A stretch of DNA of 63,768 nt, the filler included, from Collodictyon triciliatum (taxonomy: Eukaryota), in assembly GCA_043381765.1 (NCBI GenBank). It is 9 parts of 9 records of this genome, joined end to end, with 100 filler letters (N's around TTAATTAATTAA, not from the genome) between each part and the next. Parts side by side here need not be neighbours in the genome. Positions count along the whole stretch, not along the records: positions 22,453 to 29,834 come from JBHJMP010003928.1; positions 29,935 to 37,305 come from JBHJMP010003929.1; positions 37,406 to 44,773 come from JBHJMP010003930.1; 6 more parts are not named here. One strand, written 5' to 3'. This document shows positions 28,201 through 37,993 of this stretch, in pieces. The notes under the pieces are model-generated. The model searched no databases. It was not told where the DNA came from and worked only from the letters and a program-made list of their open reading frames with translations. The translations under genes were made by a program, and so were the position numbers. Each line of letters opens with the position of its first letter. The stretch's first letter is position 1.

Positions 28201-29834
28201 CTTATTTCCGTTTGAACAACTTGCGCTCTGGCTTGTTTTACATCAAATATATCCTGTCTGAATTCACTTATTTCTCTTACTACTTCTTGGTCAGATTGAG
28301 GTAATGAATGAAAGAATTTTTCATACCCAGCATCTGATTGTTGGTCAGAATTTTTTATTATAAAATTTTTTATACTCATTTGCATTGTTTTTGCTACTTG
28401 GTCTGCTACTTCCAAAAGTATCCCTTGATTTGTTGCTTGTACTAAGTCTCTTATAATTATTTGTTCTTCTTCTTGATTAATAACTGGAATTAATTGTGAA
28501 ACGATGGCATCATCGACTCTAGTAACAAGTGCTTGATTTTGAACAACTGTTTCGTCAGTTTCATCCTGCGGAATTTTTTGTAAATATCTTTTTTGATATT
28601 CTTGGAGAATTTCTTTTTGTAATTGCAGCCGTCTTACTTCCTCACCTTTTTTTAATTTTTCTGCCAAGGCCTCTTCAGCCTGTCTCTTTTTTTCAAGAGC
28701 TTCTTGTCTTTTCTTTTCTTTTCTTTCTTCAATCTCTTTTAATTGCTTTTCTCTTTTTGCATTAAATAATTCAGCCCGGCTTCGACGCTCCTCTGCTGCT
28801 TGCTCTTGTTCTGCTTTTTTCTCAAGTTCTGCAATAAATCTATAGTATGCGATGTTCCAACATATATTATATAAAATTTCATCTTCATCTAAATCTTCGT
28901 ATGGTTGGCCTATTTGAAAAGCATACAAATATTCTCTTATTTCTTCTCCAAATTCATCGTCTAAATATTGCATAAATTCAAATTCCTTATCATCACCAAA
29001 TGTCTTGGGTATGTTTTCTTTATAACTAAATCCCCTGTGCTTAAACCATTCTTTCAGTGCAAGATTCATAGCGGTATAAATAACTGTGTTAATAGGACCG
29101 CCACGAGAATCTCTTTTCTGCAAATAAGGTATATCCAGAGGGGACTTTTTTTTTCCTATTTCACTTTTAATTTTCAATGTTAATTCTGTCCAGTGTTCTT
29201 GTCCTTCTTCACTTTCCATTACTTCATTAAATTGTGCAAAATACGCTTCCAGTCTACCAAATGTTGTATCCAGGTCAAAACTTTCTTCTTGTTCTTGTTC
29301 TTGTTCTTGTTCTTGTTCTTGTTCTTGTTCTTCTTCTTCTTCTTCAACTAATACTGGTGAACTTTTTTGTTGAAGTTTAATTTTAGTAATTTCTTCTATT
29401 GATTGTCTACGGGGGCTATTAAACACTGGATCCATCACTTCTTGTTTAGTAGGTTGAGTTTGACTTTGGCTTGCACTTGGAGCTTCTTCGTCATCATCTT
29501 CTTCTTGTTCTTCTTCTACATCTTCAACATCTGCTGAAGTTTTATTGCGTAGTATGTCACTAAAATTTTCAAACTCACTTAATTCTTTTCTTAATAAATT
29601 TACGCCAACTTTTGTATAAAGGTCGACAATATAAGATATTCTAAATCTTTCATCATGAAATTTTAATTCTTTTCTTTCCATAGCCCTAACAAATGTTAAA
29701 GTTTTTTTAGTATCTACCTTTTTTATATCGTATGCACGGGCTATGTCAAATAATTTTTTATAAATATTTATATGTTCATCAAAATCTAAATTTTGCAAAT
29801 GTGCAGCATAAGCCTCTTTAGTGTATTTTACCAA
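25263..29834 (-). CDS. Large (>1523 aa) intronless hypothetical protein, 5'-truncated; acidic, coiled-coil, S/T/P-rich and Gly/Pro-rich segments
   Basis: Uninterrupted 4.57-kb ORF that begins at the contig edge (TTG, not a real start). Contains an (EQ)n tract, E/K/Q coiled coils and PPGPPGPPGGGGGGGGG. No catalytic motif recognised. Confidence 0.85.
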   Translation of the reverse strand: MVKYTKEAYAAHLQNLDFDEHINIYKKLFDIARAYDIKKVDTKKTLTFVRAMERKELKFHDERFRISYIVDLYTKVGVNLLRKELSEFENFSDILRNKTSADVEDVEEEQEEDDDEEAPSASQSQTQPTKQEVMDPVFNSPRRQSIEEITKIKLQQKSSPVLVEEEEEEQEQEQEQEQEQEQEESFDLDTTFGRLEAYFAQFNEVMESEEGQEHWTELTLKIKSEIGKKKSPLDIPYLQKRDSRGGPINTVIYTAMNLALKEWFKHRGFSYKENIPKTFGDDKEFEFMQYLDDEFGEEIREYLYAFQIGQPYEDLDEDEILYNICWNIAYYRFIAELEKKAEQEQAAEERRSRAELFNAKREKQLKEIEERKEKKRQEALEKKRQAEEALAEKLKKGEEVRRLQLQKEILQEYQKRYLQKIPQDETDETVVQNQALVTRVDDAIVSQLIPVINQEEEQIIIRDLVQATNQGILLEVADQVAKTMQMSIKNFIIKNSDQQSDAGYEKFFHSLPQSDQEVVREISEFRQDIFDVKQARAQVVQTEIRALTVADMLNDEYKAQIAREQQDIELIVNDSLDDRLNEFDNINFSNLLAKNIVSMVQLNASSSRNMLEQSMDDLFTTFERSQIFNQANYVQNAQRSASILFGPKVLGSASVFDPDQSTLTYIGSRILTPAQSFAEQSLQQLNQSGISFTQAQTENMANESTISNPVLNESNISGMSFLANQSFTQAPSIQGTPTYTQRTGFGSKVTGDMLPPASVPKRQLFTSPFDNTPNRSSIPDTSGTVSIGNITEKLAQMSEKINRIREQNQQDKLTNVQTNLTTQDVITEIDITPTNQAADELLKKLAEHLELVQNKLDNAYNQIDTLNIALGEQNEYISELQNTVNIASDLATGLLQDKEMYKKKLEELGVQMANEQARMEEQRNALNRIKPGNYSVGFNTESIQLSQLSQTTRTPRTPKPPPGTPASRRTSLNTQELERRRENLIKYQSEFNNKRKLMFEEIKLRKIEELETHLHNLQLLLQAPETQEFEIQELRNQVDNLNALLNLENPIVIEQAQTIENLQNLAQQLKYQRDQIADTATFYYNAAYPAIPTNDPEDDIPDTPSQMIVRSQPSSRPSSLTRRRVSTPRSLSQGIPSPIALGPWQFQDFPALPAASQPNPNIMILPDSPTGSPPRAMVPAQSPVQQIAPSPVIPGRMAAVRALAGNVFNVGANIFQAATNVIGQNIFGGNNMNPNTMFNPIDSPRPAPRRGVSLGTGNVGIGTPVRVPRRAPSLGGGPPGPPGPPGGGGGGGGGGFGGFGGFNFNPIFNNNFMRPVIERNFGNQTKFAKEVSKQISLRNRNGQLNTGLPINFTGSVLNDIETFETKMNELGIQWVDLSIEPEAARELVLFYYNNTIDEDTRNDLDAQLKQARAAGYWPLKYSPQYGDPTDQKLRNVAFLPQQNLGRVVNSDLGTIIIPGQSAYSIRREGLNYVVHGGGQKRAFGSARDAQYFISSGAFGRKSYGPITERIFGTPMKNLSQAIY

Positions 29835-29934
29835 NNNNNNNNNNNNNNNNNNNNNNNNNNNNNNNNNNNNNNNNNNNNTTAATTAATTAANNNNNNNNNN
29901 NNNNNNNNNNNNNNNNNNNNNNNNNNNNNNNNNN
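29835..29934. other. Artificial contig linker
   Basis: N44-TTAATTAATTAA-N44. Confidence 0.98.
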
Positions 29935-30066
29935 AAAAAAAAATAAAAAAAAAAAAAAAAATTATTCAACATATAACAATAAAAAATTTTATTTATCTTT
30001 TTTTTTTTTTAAAAAAAAAAAAACCCCTCTTGTTGCGACTCAGTCCGCACTTCTGCTCACCTTCAG

Positions 30067-31695
30067 CGCTTAAGAATAGCGACAGCAGCATTCTCCCGTT
30101 GAGAACTAACATTCTTTCCTGCGAATTCCTCTTCCTCTGGCGCGAACAGTTCAGAGCGCCCGAGCCCCACGTTGCTCGTGAGTACCACATTCCTGCAGTC
30201 GAACCACAACGCGTACCCGAGCCTGAACCCGTCGTCATTCCTGAGCCCGTGCCTGAGCCTGAGCCCGAGCCCGAGCCACTGCCAATCATCGACATATCTG
30301 GTATTTTGATCGAAGGAAACTCTTTGGAGGTCACTGGAAATATTCCACCAAGTGCCACATACCAATGGTAAACATGTGAATGCTTTCGAGATATACTGAA
30401 CCATTTACTGCCTATCTTTGCTATTTTTTTTTGAAGTGTTGTTTTTCTACCGCTTGTCTTCTTACATCATTCCTGGATGCCATTTGATTGCATGTTTCAT
30501 TCATCGGTCTGGTACACCATAGGTATGTTGTGGCTGGCTCGAAGTGGAATCCTATTCCTGGAGCAAATCTGCCATCCTTCTACCCCACAAACAGAGAGGC
30601 CGGCCAATACATCGGAGTCACTGTCTCCGTGGGTGATCGCTCAGTCTCAGCTCAAACGGCATCTCCTATTCAACATTGTAACTACCTAACAATACTGTGT
30701 TATTTGATATCTGGAATAGGCCATGAGACACTGCCAATCATATGAAAGAATTCAGCGAGACTCATTGAAAAACTTTTATCATTAGCTTCTCTATCTCTTT
30801 TCAAGATGGATACCGATGTACATGCCCTTATTTTTTTCTCTTGAAATCAGATATGAACATTAACATTACCGGCGTGCCCAAGGAAGGCTCAGTCTTGAAA
30901 GTTGAAGGAGTTTACCCGCCTGGGACATCTATCCAATGGTTGGTGTATTCAGAAGACATTCACCCTTGTTTTATTGTCTATTACTACCTCTTTAACAGAT
31001 AGCAGCTTCCACACAAAATTCTAGCTATCTTTAGGAATTGAAAATGTGGAAGAAAAAAGAATATAAATTCGTTTTTTTTTTTGGAACTTAATTGATTGAC
31101 ATGTGTATTAACGTTGTAATTTAATCAAGAGTTTGTTTTGATCGCCTATGACAGGTTTGTTTCTCGTGAGGGACGGTTTGACCCTATTTTGGATGCCACG
31201 AAGGATACTTACATCCCAACCAGATACGAAGCCGGCTCACCTCTCGTTGTTGTTGCTGCGTATCAAGGACAACAAACTCAGGCAGTTTCTGCAGTGATTG
31301 AAAAAAGTATACCAACCATATAGCTATTTTTCTTATTCTATACCTCTATTCAATTTTGCTTTCATCGCCTTCAAAAAAACATTTAAATTACCAAAGATGC
31401 CGACCTGGCAGACGCCAACTGCGTATATAATAATTTACTCAACCTAATACCCCTTCGCTTGTCCTCTTAAAGCCGAGGTCAATGTCAAGTCTTTCAGGGT
31501 AAATGGTGGACCATATCACACAAACACTTTGTCGTTCAAATCCTCCTACTTTGGACCCAGCGAAGGCAATTCCATCTATCAGTGGCTCCATGCTGATAGC
31601 GACGACAACTTCAAGCCTATTCCCGGTTTGTCTTTAGGCCCCAAAAAATCCAGTCTAATGACATTTGTTGGTGTTGGTGTTGGTGTTGGTGTTGG

Positions 31696-31743
<48 letters not shown>

Positions 31744-33022
31744 ATTTTTCTCTGTTTATTCTTCCAATCACCTGAGGGACATGAAACATTAACTTAAAGA
31801 TCTGATTTGTTGCATACTTACCCAGGTGAGAACAAGAGCTCTTTTACTCCATCTGCTGATGACCTGCATGCAAATATTGCCCTGGACTACACTCCCATCT
31901 CAGTGACAGGCGAAAGAGCACAAACATTCCGCATCCATGTCGATTCTGCCAACCTTGCCATCGGTACAGCCAAGTCGATATGATATTGATGATCTAGAGC
32001 ATTATTTTTGGCCACCATTTATTTTAATCATCATGTTATTCTTGCTGTCCGCAGACCCGTATGTTGCCTCTACTGTGGAAGGAGTTGTCAAGACCGGTCA
32101 GGGTATCTTCGAGGTCATTCTATATCCAAATATTGCATTTCCTTCATGCTATCTCGTACCCACAGTCGCGTACATCATGCGATTAAGTTATCATGAATTT
32201 TTTTCTATGAATGAATTAATTAGTCAAAAGATTTAAAACCTCGCCATCTCAGATATGCTGCGTTGATGACATTTCTCGATTCTTAGGTTGGATATATCCC
32301 TGACTCCAGAAAGGCTGATAAGAAGCCTAACGCACCCTCTTCGGCCGACGCAGACGCACCCATTCCTTACTTTATCGATGCGAGTAACAGCAAGGTCACC
32401 ATCAAACGGCAGGACGGGCAAGTCCTCGCCAAAGCCTCGTACAGCGTAGATTTTGGCGTAAGTTGCATGCTTTTGCTCACAAACGCACCTTGCCTACGCA
32501 AAGTTGCACGTGATTTTCCTCCTGGGTTTTGTACGGATAATCGACTTATGCGTATGTTTCACCACTATATGTAGATCTATCTTTCTCATAATGACAATCG
32601 TGCGTTCCGCCTCGTCCTGAGCAAGACTGAGGGATACGACTTTGTTGCAGCCGACCACAAGTACAGAGATATCATCGCATTGTCTCTGCGCTCTTTCCTG
32701 AGTATTACTGTGGTATGTCAAGCTTCTGCACAGCTCCCTTTTTTGTTCTATTATCTTTTCGTTTCGTTCCTTTTTCTTTTTCTTTTTCTTTTTTTCTTTT
32801 TTTCTTTTTTTCTTTTTTTCTTTTTTTCTTTTTTTCTTTTTCTTTTGTTTTCTTTTGCTTTCTTTTGCTTTCTTTTCTCAACCGCCATGCTGCCGAAGAA
32901 ATATTTACTCACATCCACCATAAATCCAGCTACTCAAGGGCAAGATTGGAGTCCATCGTGTCCAATCACTCTCTGAGCTGAGAAACAAGCAGAACGAAGC
33001 AAAGAAGAAGCTTGGCCAGTAA
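30067..33022 (+). CDS. 5'-truncated multi-exon gene with three AIR9(A9)-like Ig domains and a C-terminal PH-like domain (AIR9/SCAB-like cytoskeletal protein)
   Basis: Repeats ISGILIEGNSLEV...YQW|Y...PIPGANLPSFYPTNREAGQYIGVTV, ITGVPKEGSVLKV...IQW|F...PILDATKDTYIPTRYEAGSPLVV and YFGPSEGNSIYQW...PIPG|ENKSSFTPSADDLHANIALDYTP. Then DPYVASTVEGVVKTGQGIFEV and FVAADHKYRDIIALSLRSF. Inferred last exon ends ...KKKLGQ*. Confidence 0.65.
31665..31743. repeat. (GTTGGT)n-(GTT)n intronic microsatellite
   Basis: Direct tandem repeat. Confidence 0.9.
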
Positions 33023-33650
33023 AGCTCTGCCACAAGCAAGAGACACGCCAGCGAGTCAGTTCGCACGAGTCTGAACGCATCCGCCCGCGTCTCGCGAACA
33101 AACACCAAGCTTTCCCCATCTCTCTTGCTGACAAACAAGGCCTCCTATCTACTCACCCTTGCTCTGGCAGACTCTCTTTTTCTTTTCTCAACTCACCACA
33201 CGCACCGTCCCTCCCGTCCTGCCTGGGCACTATTTACTTACCTTCGCTCGCTCCTCCCCGTTCTACTCCATAAAAACAAGGACAAAATGAGATGCGTCTC
33301 ATGCCACAAAAGACACCCGGAGGCCGTGTCCCACCGACTGACTGGATGAAGCCTGGGATTCATCGTCCCTGGTTCATCTTTGTGTGCAGATTCATATGTT
33401 GGTCGGGTGGGTCTGTGGCAGGATGTGGCGAAATGTGGCGAAATGTTTATCATTCCACATATGTCTTTTCTGTTTTCGGTGGTATATTCCCATTGGCATT
33501 GCAACCCGTGCTGTTCGCCGAATCGGTTGCCAACAACGGGCAGCCTGTTTTGGATGTGGGATCGGTTGTTGAGGAGCACAATGGCAGGTTCGTTATCGCT
33601 CTCATCCGCTTTACTTGTGGCGACCTATGCTTTTTCCTCTTTTTTTTGTC

Positions 33651-33910
33651 TTGTTTGTTTGTTTGTTTGTTTGTTTGTTTGTTTGTTTGTTTGTTTGTTT
33701 GTTTGTTTGTTTGTTTGTTTGTTTGTTTGTTTGTTTATTTGTTTGTTTGTTTGTTTGTTTGTTTGTTTGTTTGTTTGTTTGTTTGTTTGTTTGTTTGTTT
33801 GTTTGTTTGTTTGTTTGTTTTTTGCTTTTTTTTTGTTTGTTTTGTGTTTTGTTTGTTTTGTGTTTTGTTTGTTTTGTGTTTTGTTTTGTGTTTTGTTTTG
33901 TTTTGTTTTT
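33651..33910. repeat. (GTTT)n microsatellite, degenerate at the 3' end
   Basis: Direct tandem repeat; it produces the FVCL and TNKQ ORFs. Confidence 0.95.
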
Positions 33911-34159
33911 CAAGATCCAGTTAAGATTGATTACGACCACCTAAGCAAACTTAAAAGCTGATGTATCCCAAATACAATGAGATTATTACTTATTTTATTT
34001 TTTACATCATTTTGAGAAATATTTTATTATGTTTTCTCTATGACATCATGACTTAAAATGTTTTGTTTATGGGTCATTAATATAGAATGTGTTTTAAAAA
34101 GCCCGTATGTAAATTAGAGTGCAAACAAAGAGTGAACTGACTGGCTCAAAGAGAAGAAA

Positions 34160-36058
34160 ATGAACAAAGACCCGAATGATGCATCATCTATGGATATTGG
34201 TCCTATTTCAACTAGCGTCATTCCGTCGATTGATCGAGGGGCTGTAAATTGCGAGTCATGTATGAGGGATACCAGACTTATTCCAGGAACCTGCAACAGC
34301 GAGGAAATCAATCATCCATCTGGCTGCGAGGTAAGAACAAAGGAAACCATAGAGGACTTGGTGGCTGTTATGGAGAGTAACTCACAACACAACACATCGA
34401 GCACTTGGAGAATACACCAGTGTATTGGGTGTGGCAGCAAAGAATCGAAGAATGACGGCATCTCTGACCCGCAATCCAGAAGTCAAAAGCATGAACCAAA
34501 TAAAACTTTGCATAGCAGTCTCTGTCAACCCAATATAATCACGTATGAGAGAAATCACATTTCATTCGTCAGGCCCCCAACTGCACCAAGTCTCACTGAG
34601 GCACTTCGGTATGGCATCGAAACTGTAAAAAAAATGTTTCTGTTTTCGGACATCTTGGGATTCCCGTCAATAGTAGTTATTACCCTCATTTTTGGCTCAA
34701 CATTTTTATTTGAAATCAACAACAAAACTATGACTTATTACGTCTCCTTTTACTACCCCTTGTTTGATTTTGTGCTCTATGGTATGATTTCGTCTAATTT
34801 CATTTTACTTTTTGGGAAAAAGAAACTACTTACTTTCATGAAAAAAATAACTATTCCGTTGGCGATGTTGCATTCCGTCGCGCACGCAATAAGAGCAGCC
34901 CTGGGATATCCTTACCTTTCAGCCGTGTACTTTCCAATTTTCTTGGCCAACTATTTCTTGGTCTTGAAAAAAGTGATACCGGATGGAGTTGCCGATAGCT
35001 TGGAGGATATTCACCAGGATGGCGCCAATCATAGATACAATTTACTTTCTGTTGATGGGACACCCATGGCTTTGTTCAAAGGATTGATTCCGTTCTTTAT
35101 AATCTACTACCTATGCGTTTTTTACCTTGTGGGCTTCTTTATGGTCTCTGGATTGGAAATTCGGTTGTTAATCAGAATGTTGATTATCCCGTTAATAACT
35201 AATATAGCTGACTCATATCAAAGTGGATTGATAATATTCAAAACCAAAGAATTTATGAAGTATAGAATGGTTTTGGGAAGTATATATAACTCAATATCAT
35301 TGTGCATTATGCGACTCATGATTACGAGCTCCCCAAGCATATACGATACTGCAATCATGGCCTCATCTGCGGCTGTACTTGAAGTCTTTCTTCGAGTATC
35401 ATCAATTTTGAGAAACGTTTATGCCATACGCACCTATAGATATTTTCAGAAGAATGCAATAATGCCGTGCTTTTCAAAAACAAAGGTACTTATTTTTAAT
35501 CATATCTCTCCAACTGAAAACGAAGAACGGAGCACAGCGCAACATAATCAAGCGATAGATGGGTCAGAGTCAGGCACAACGGGCATCGGGTTTCAAGCAG
35601 AAAATATATTTGAGATAAACGCATGCAAATGGAGCAAAAAAGGCATTGCAACTGTCATTCGACAACTGAATAGCCATGCCTCGGACGTCGAATACATCAC
35701 TGAGTTTCATCGAAATAGAACCTATTTTATGTCCATGTTTGAAATTCAATCAACCATAATTATACCTTTAGTTTTGTTTCTAAGCAAACCAATTCATAAA
35801 TACATTGCATTTCATCCATTATTTACAGTGCAACAGCTATGCTACAGTATCCTAGTTCAGCTTACAATCGAACTACTGACGCAATGTGTATCATTTTCGT
35901 TGGAATGCTACATCTATGATATCAAGATTCAATTCAAGGCATCATACTCCTACTATGTAAGGCCGCGTGTACTCACTCAGTTTACATTAAATGCCCTAGC
36001 AGTCTGTTTCTTATCAGTTGCTTCATTTCAAATTGGAGCTGAATCGTGGCCGGAATAA
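34160..36058 (+). CDS. Intronless multipass membrane protein of unknown function (632 aa)
   Basis: 1.9-kb ORF with a hydrophilic N-terminal ~160 aa, then roughly 10-11 hydrophobic segments and two larger loops. No family motif recognised. Confidence 0.75.
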   Translation: MNKDPNDASSMDIGPISTSVIPSIDRGAVNCESCMRDTRLIPGTCNSEEINHPSGCEVRTKETIEDLVAVMESNSQHNTSSTWRIHQCIGCGSKESKNDGISDPQSRSQKHEPNKTLHSSLCQPNIITYERNHISFVRPPTAPSLTEALRYGIETVKKMFLFSDILGFPSIVVITLIFGSTFLFEINNKTMTYYVSFYYPLFDFVLYGMISSNFILLFGKKKLLTFMKKITIPLAMLHSVAHAIRAALGYPYLSAVYFPIFLANYFLVLKKVIPDGVADSLEDIHQDGANHRYNLLSVDGTPMALFKGLIPFFIIYYLCVFYLVGFFMVSGLEIRLLIRMLIIPLITNIADSYQSGLIIFKTKEFMKYRMVLGSIYNSISLCIMRLMITSSPSIYDTAIMASSAAVLEVFLRVSSILRNVYAIRTYRYFQKNAIMPCFSKTKVLIFNHISPTENEERSTAQHNQAIDGSESGTTGIGFQAENIFEINACKWSKKGIATVIRQLNSHASDVEYITEFHRNRTYFMSMFEIQSTIIIPLVLFLSKPIHKYIAFHPLFTVQQLCYSILVQLTIELLTQCVSFSLECYIYDIKIQFKASYSYYVRPRVLTQFTLNALAVCFLSVASFQIGAESWPE

Positions 36059-36336
36059 TGAAAGTAATTTCTGCTTTGTTTGTTTCTGTTCAATTCTTAT
36101 TTCTTGGTCATGCTTTTTTTTTCTCCATATTTGTGGGGTGTTACCAAATGAGACATAATCAGATCACCAACCGGACAGTTTTTAGGCGTAGGACTGAATT
36201 ATCGCTGATTAGAATAAAGTCACCAGCTTCGTTTTGTGAGCTTTTTTTTTTAATCTATTGAAAGTGCAACAAGATTATGCTATACAAAGTGGGATGGGAG
36301 CGCATGGGAGAGAGCAAACGCGAGTAGGGGAAGACA

Positions 36337-37305
36337 CTACTGTGAAGGGGCTAGCACCGGAAAGAAATCAGTGATAGCGAGTTGGTCAGGTGGGTGTCCC
36401 AACTGGTTGATTGGTTGCATGGGTAACAGTGGTTGGATATGCTGTGGGAGATATCGCACGACACATTCCCTCATCTCTCTTCGCTTGCTGTCAGAGTAGC
36501 AAAGAATGCGGGCGTGTTTCAGCAGGCTGTTCAGGAAGCTGTATTGCACGAGGCTCTCAAGCCTGGATACATTGATTTCTCGTTCGGGTGAATCATTGGA
36601 GCGAGAGAATGCACGCACACTCCATAAGGCCCACAGCATATGTCCCCTTGTGACTGTCCAGAGTATTCTAGAGTCGTGGGTCATTTGGTATTGTGGGCCA
36701 AACAGGATGTCAGACGCGCTGAGTCGATTGGGAGCATAATCAAGCTCAGAGAGCATCTTGTGGGCGGATTCTGTCACTTTTTGAGCAAGAGAGCACTTCG
36801 CAAATGTGTGTTCGATAGAGTCATCTCCACTATGGCACATGGTGCAGTCTGGAGAGGTCGTTGCTGCATGGACTACACGCACATCTATCCACAGATCTCT
36901 GTTTAATGTATTGAGCAGTAGGGCGCGGTGTTTTGGGAGTAGCTAAGATATGTGGGCTTGCTGCCAGTTTTGTACTTTTGATTTTCGTAGTGATGAAGTT
37001 GCGGCAGATGTCTTCCAGCTCCTTCAGCCTTTGGGGATTCAGCAAAGTGCTTTTCATGTTGTAGAGAAGGGTCGACAGCATCACTTGGTTCCAAAACCTT
37101 ACTTTCCCCACGTCCGAGAGATGAAAGTTGCTCCACACTGATATTTTCGACTTGATGTCTTCAACCAGGCTTGTCCATTTGTTATCCGATTGTGGACCGA
37201 ATATGATACCAAGATACTTGAGTGGATGTGACGGTGGCTTCCACACAATGTTTCCTGGAAACATCAGTCCATCCTGAAACCCAAAAAGAATTCCATCTGT
37301 CTTGT
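36337..37305 (-). mobile_element. 3' remnant of an L1/Tx1-clade non-LTR retrotransposon ORF2 (RT thumb + C-terminal zinc finger), disrupted
   Basis: LKYLGIIF...WTSLVEDIKSKISVWSNFHLSDVGKVRFWNQVMLSTLLY is the post-RT signature. After a frame break near 36900 come CTMCHSGDDSIEHTFAKC (CCHC zf-RVT) and LWALWSVR. The usual spacer between these regions appears to be deleted. Confidence 0.85.
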
Positions 37306-37405
37306 NNNNNNNNNNNNNNNNNNNNNNNNNNNNNNNNNNNNNNNNNNNNTTAATTAATTAANNNNNNNNNNNNNNNNNNNNNNNNNNNNNNNNNNNNNNN
37401 NNNNN
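37306..37405. other. Artificial contig linker
   Basis: N44-TTAATTAATTAA-N44. Confidence 0.98.
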
Positions 37406-37926
37406 AAAAATTTTTGTCAGAGAAATGGTATCACCTTGTAATTTGCTACATAAACTGTCCCATATGAACCAGTGCCTAAAGGCTTCTCATCAAGCTGTAA
37501 TTGGCTAAATACAATTTCCCATGATAACTGTTCCTTAAGCTTGGGTAAATCGCTTTCGTTTACTGGCATTGCTTCAGTACGTTCGGGTGGGCTTTTTAGT
37601 TCTCCTTGGCCAAGGAGCCTGGGCGGAGCCATGAAACTTGATTCAGATGTAGCGGGGATATTCGGCAGGTAGATTGTCTCTAATGGATCTTCATTCTTTT
37701 GCATGTGTTTTAAGATTAGTTACTGAAAGCACAAATAGTTTGTTCAGTGAGAGAATAGTGCTCTTGAGTTCCATTAAAAGCAACCTCTTTTCTTCACTCA
37801 TGGCATGGCACTTACGATAAAGTATACTGAATTTTCGAAATTTTCTGGCTTGCGGAACAATCTTGAGTAGTGTTCTGCGCGCTTTTTCATAGTCTTTGAG
37901 AAAACCTGGTGGTATTATTTATTTTT

Positions 37927-37993
<67 letters not shown>

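Larger units (their letters stand above)
22453..29834. mobile_element. Polinton-like virus / virophage-like genome segment (whole contig)
   Basis: Four intronless, tightly packed ORFs (14-34 nt gaps) in an otherwise intron-dense genome, including a penton-like and a fibre-like protein, with shared upstream motifs and a terminator-like palindrome. No host flank is present, so integrated versus free state is unknown. Confidence 0.78.
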
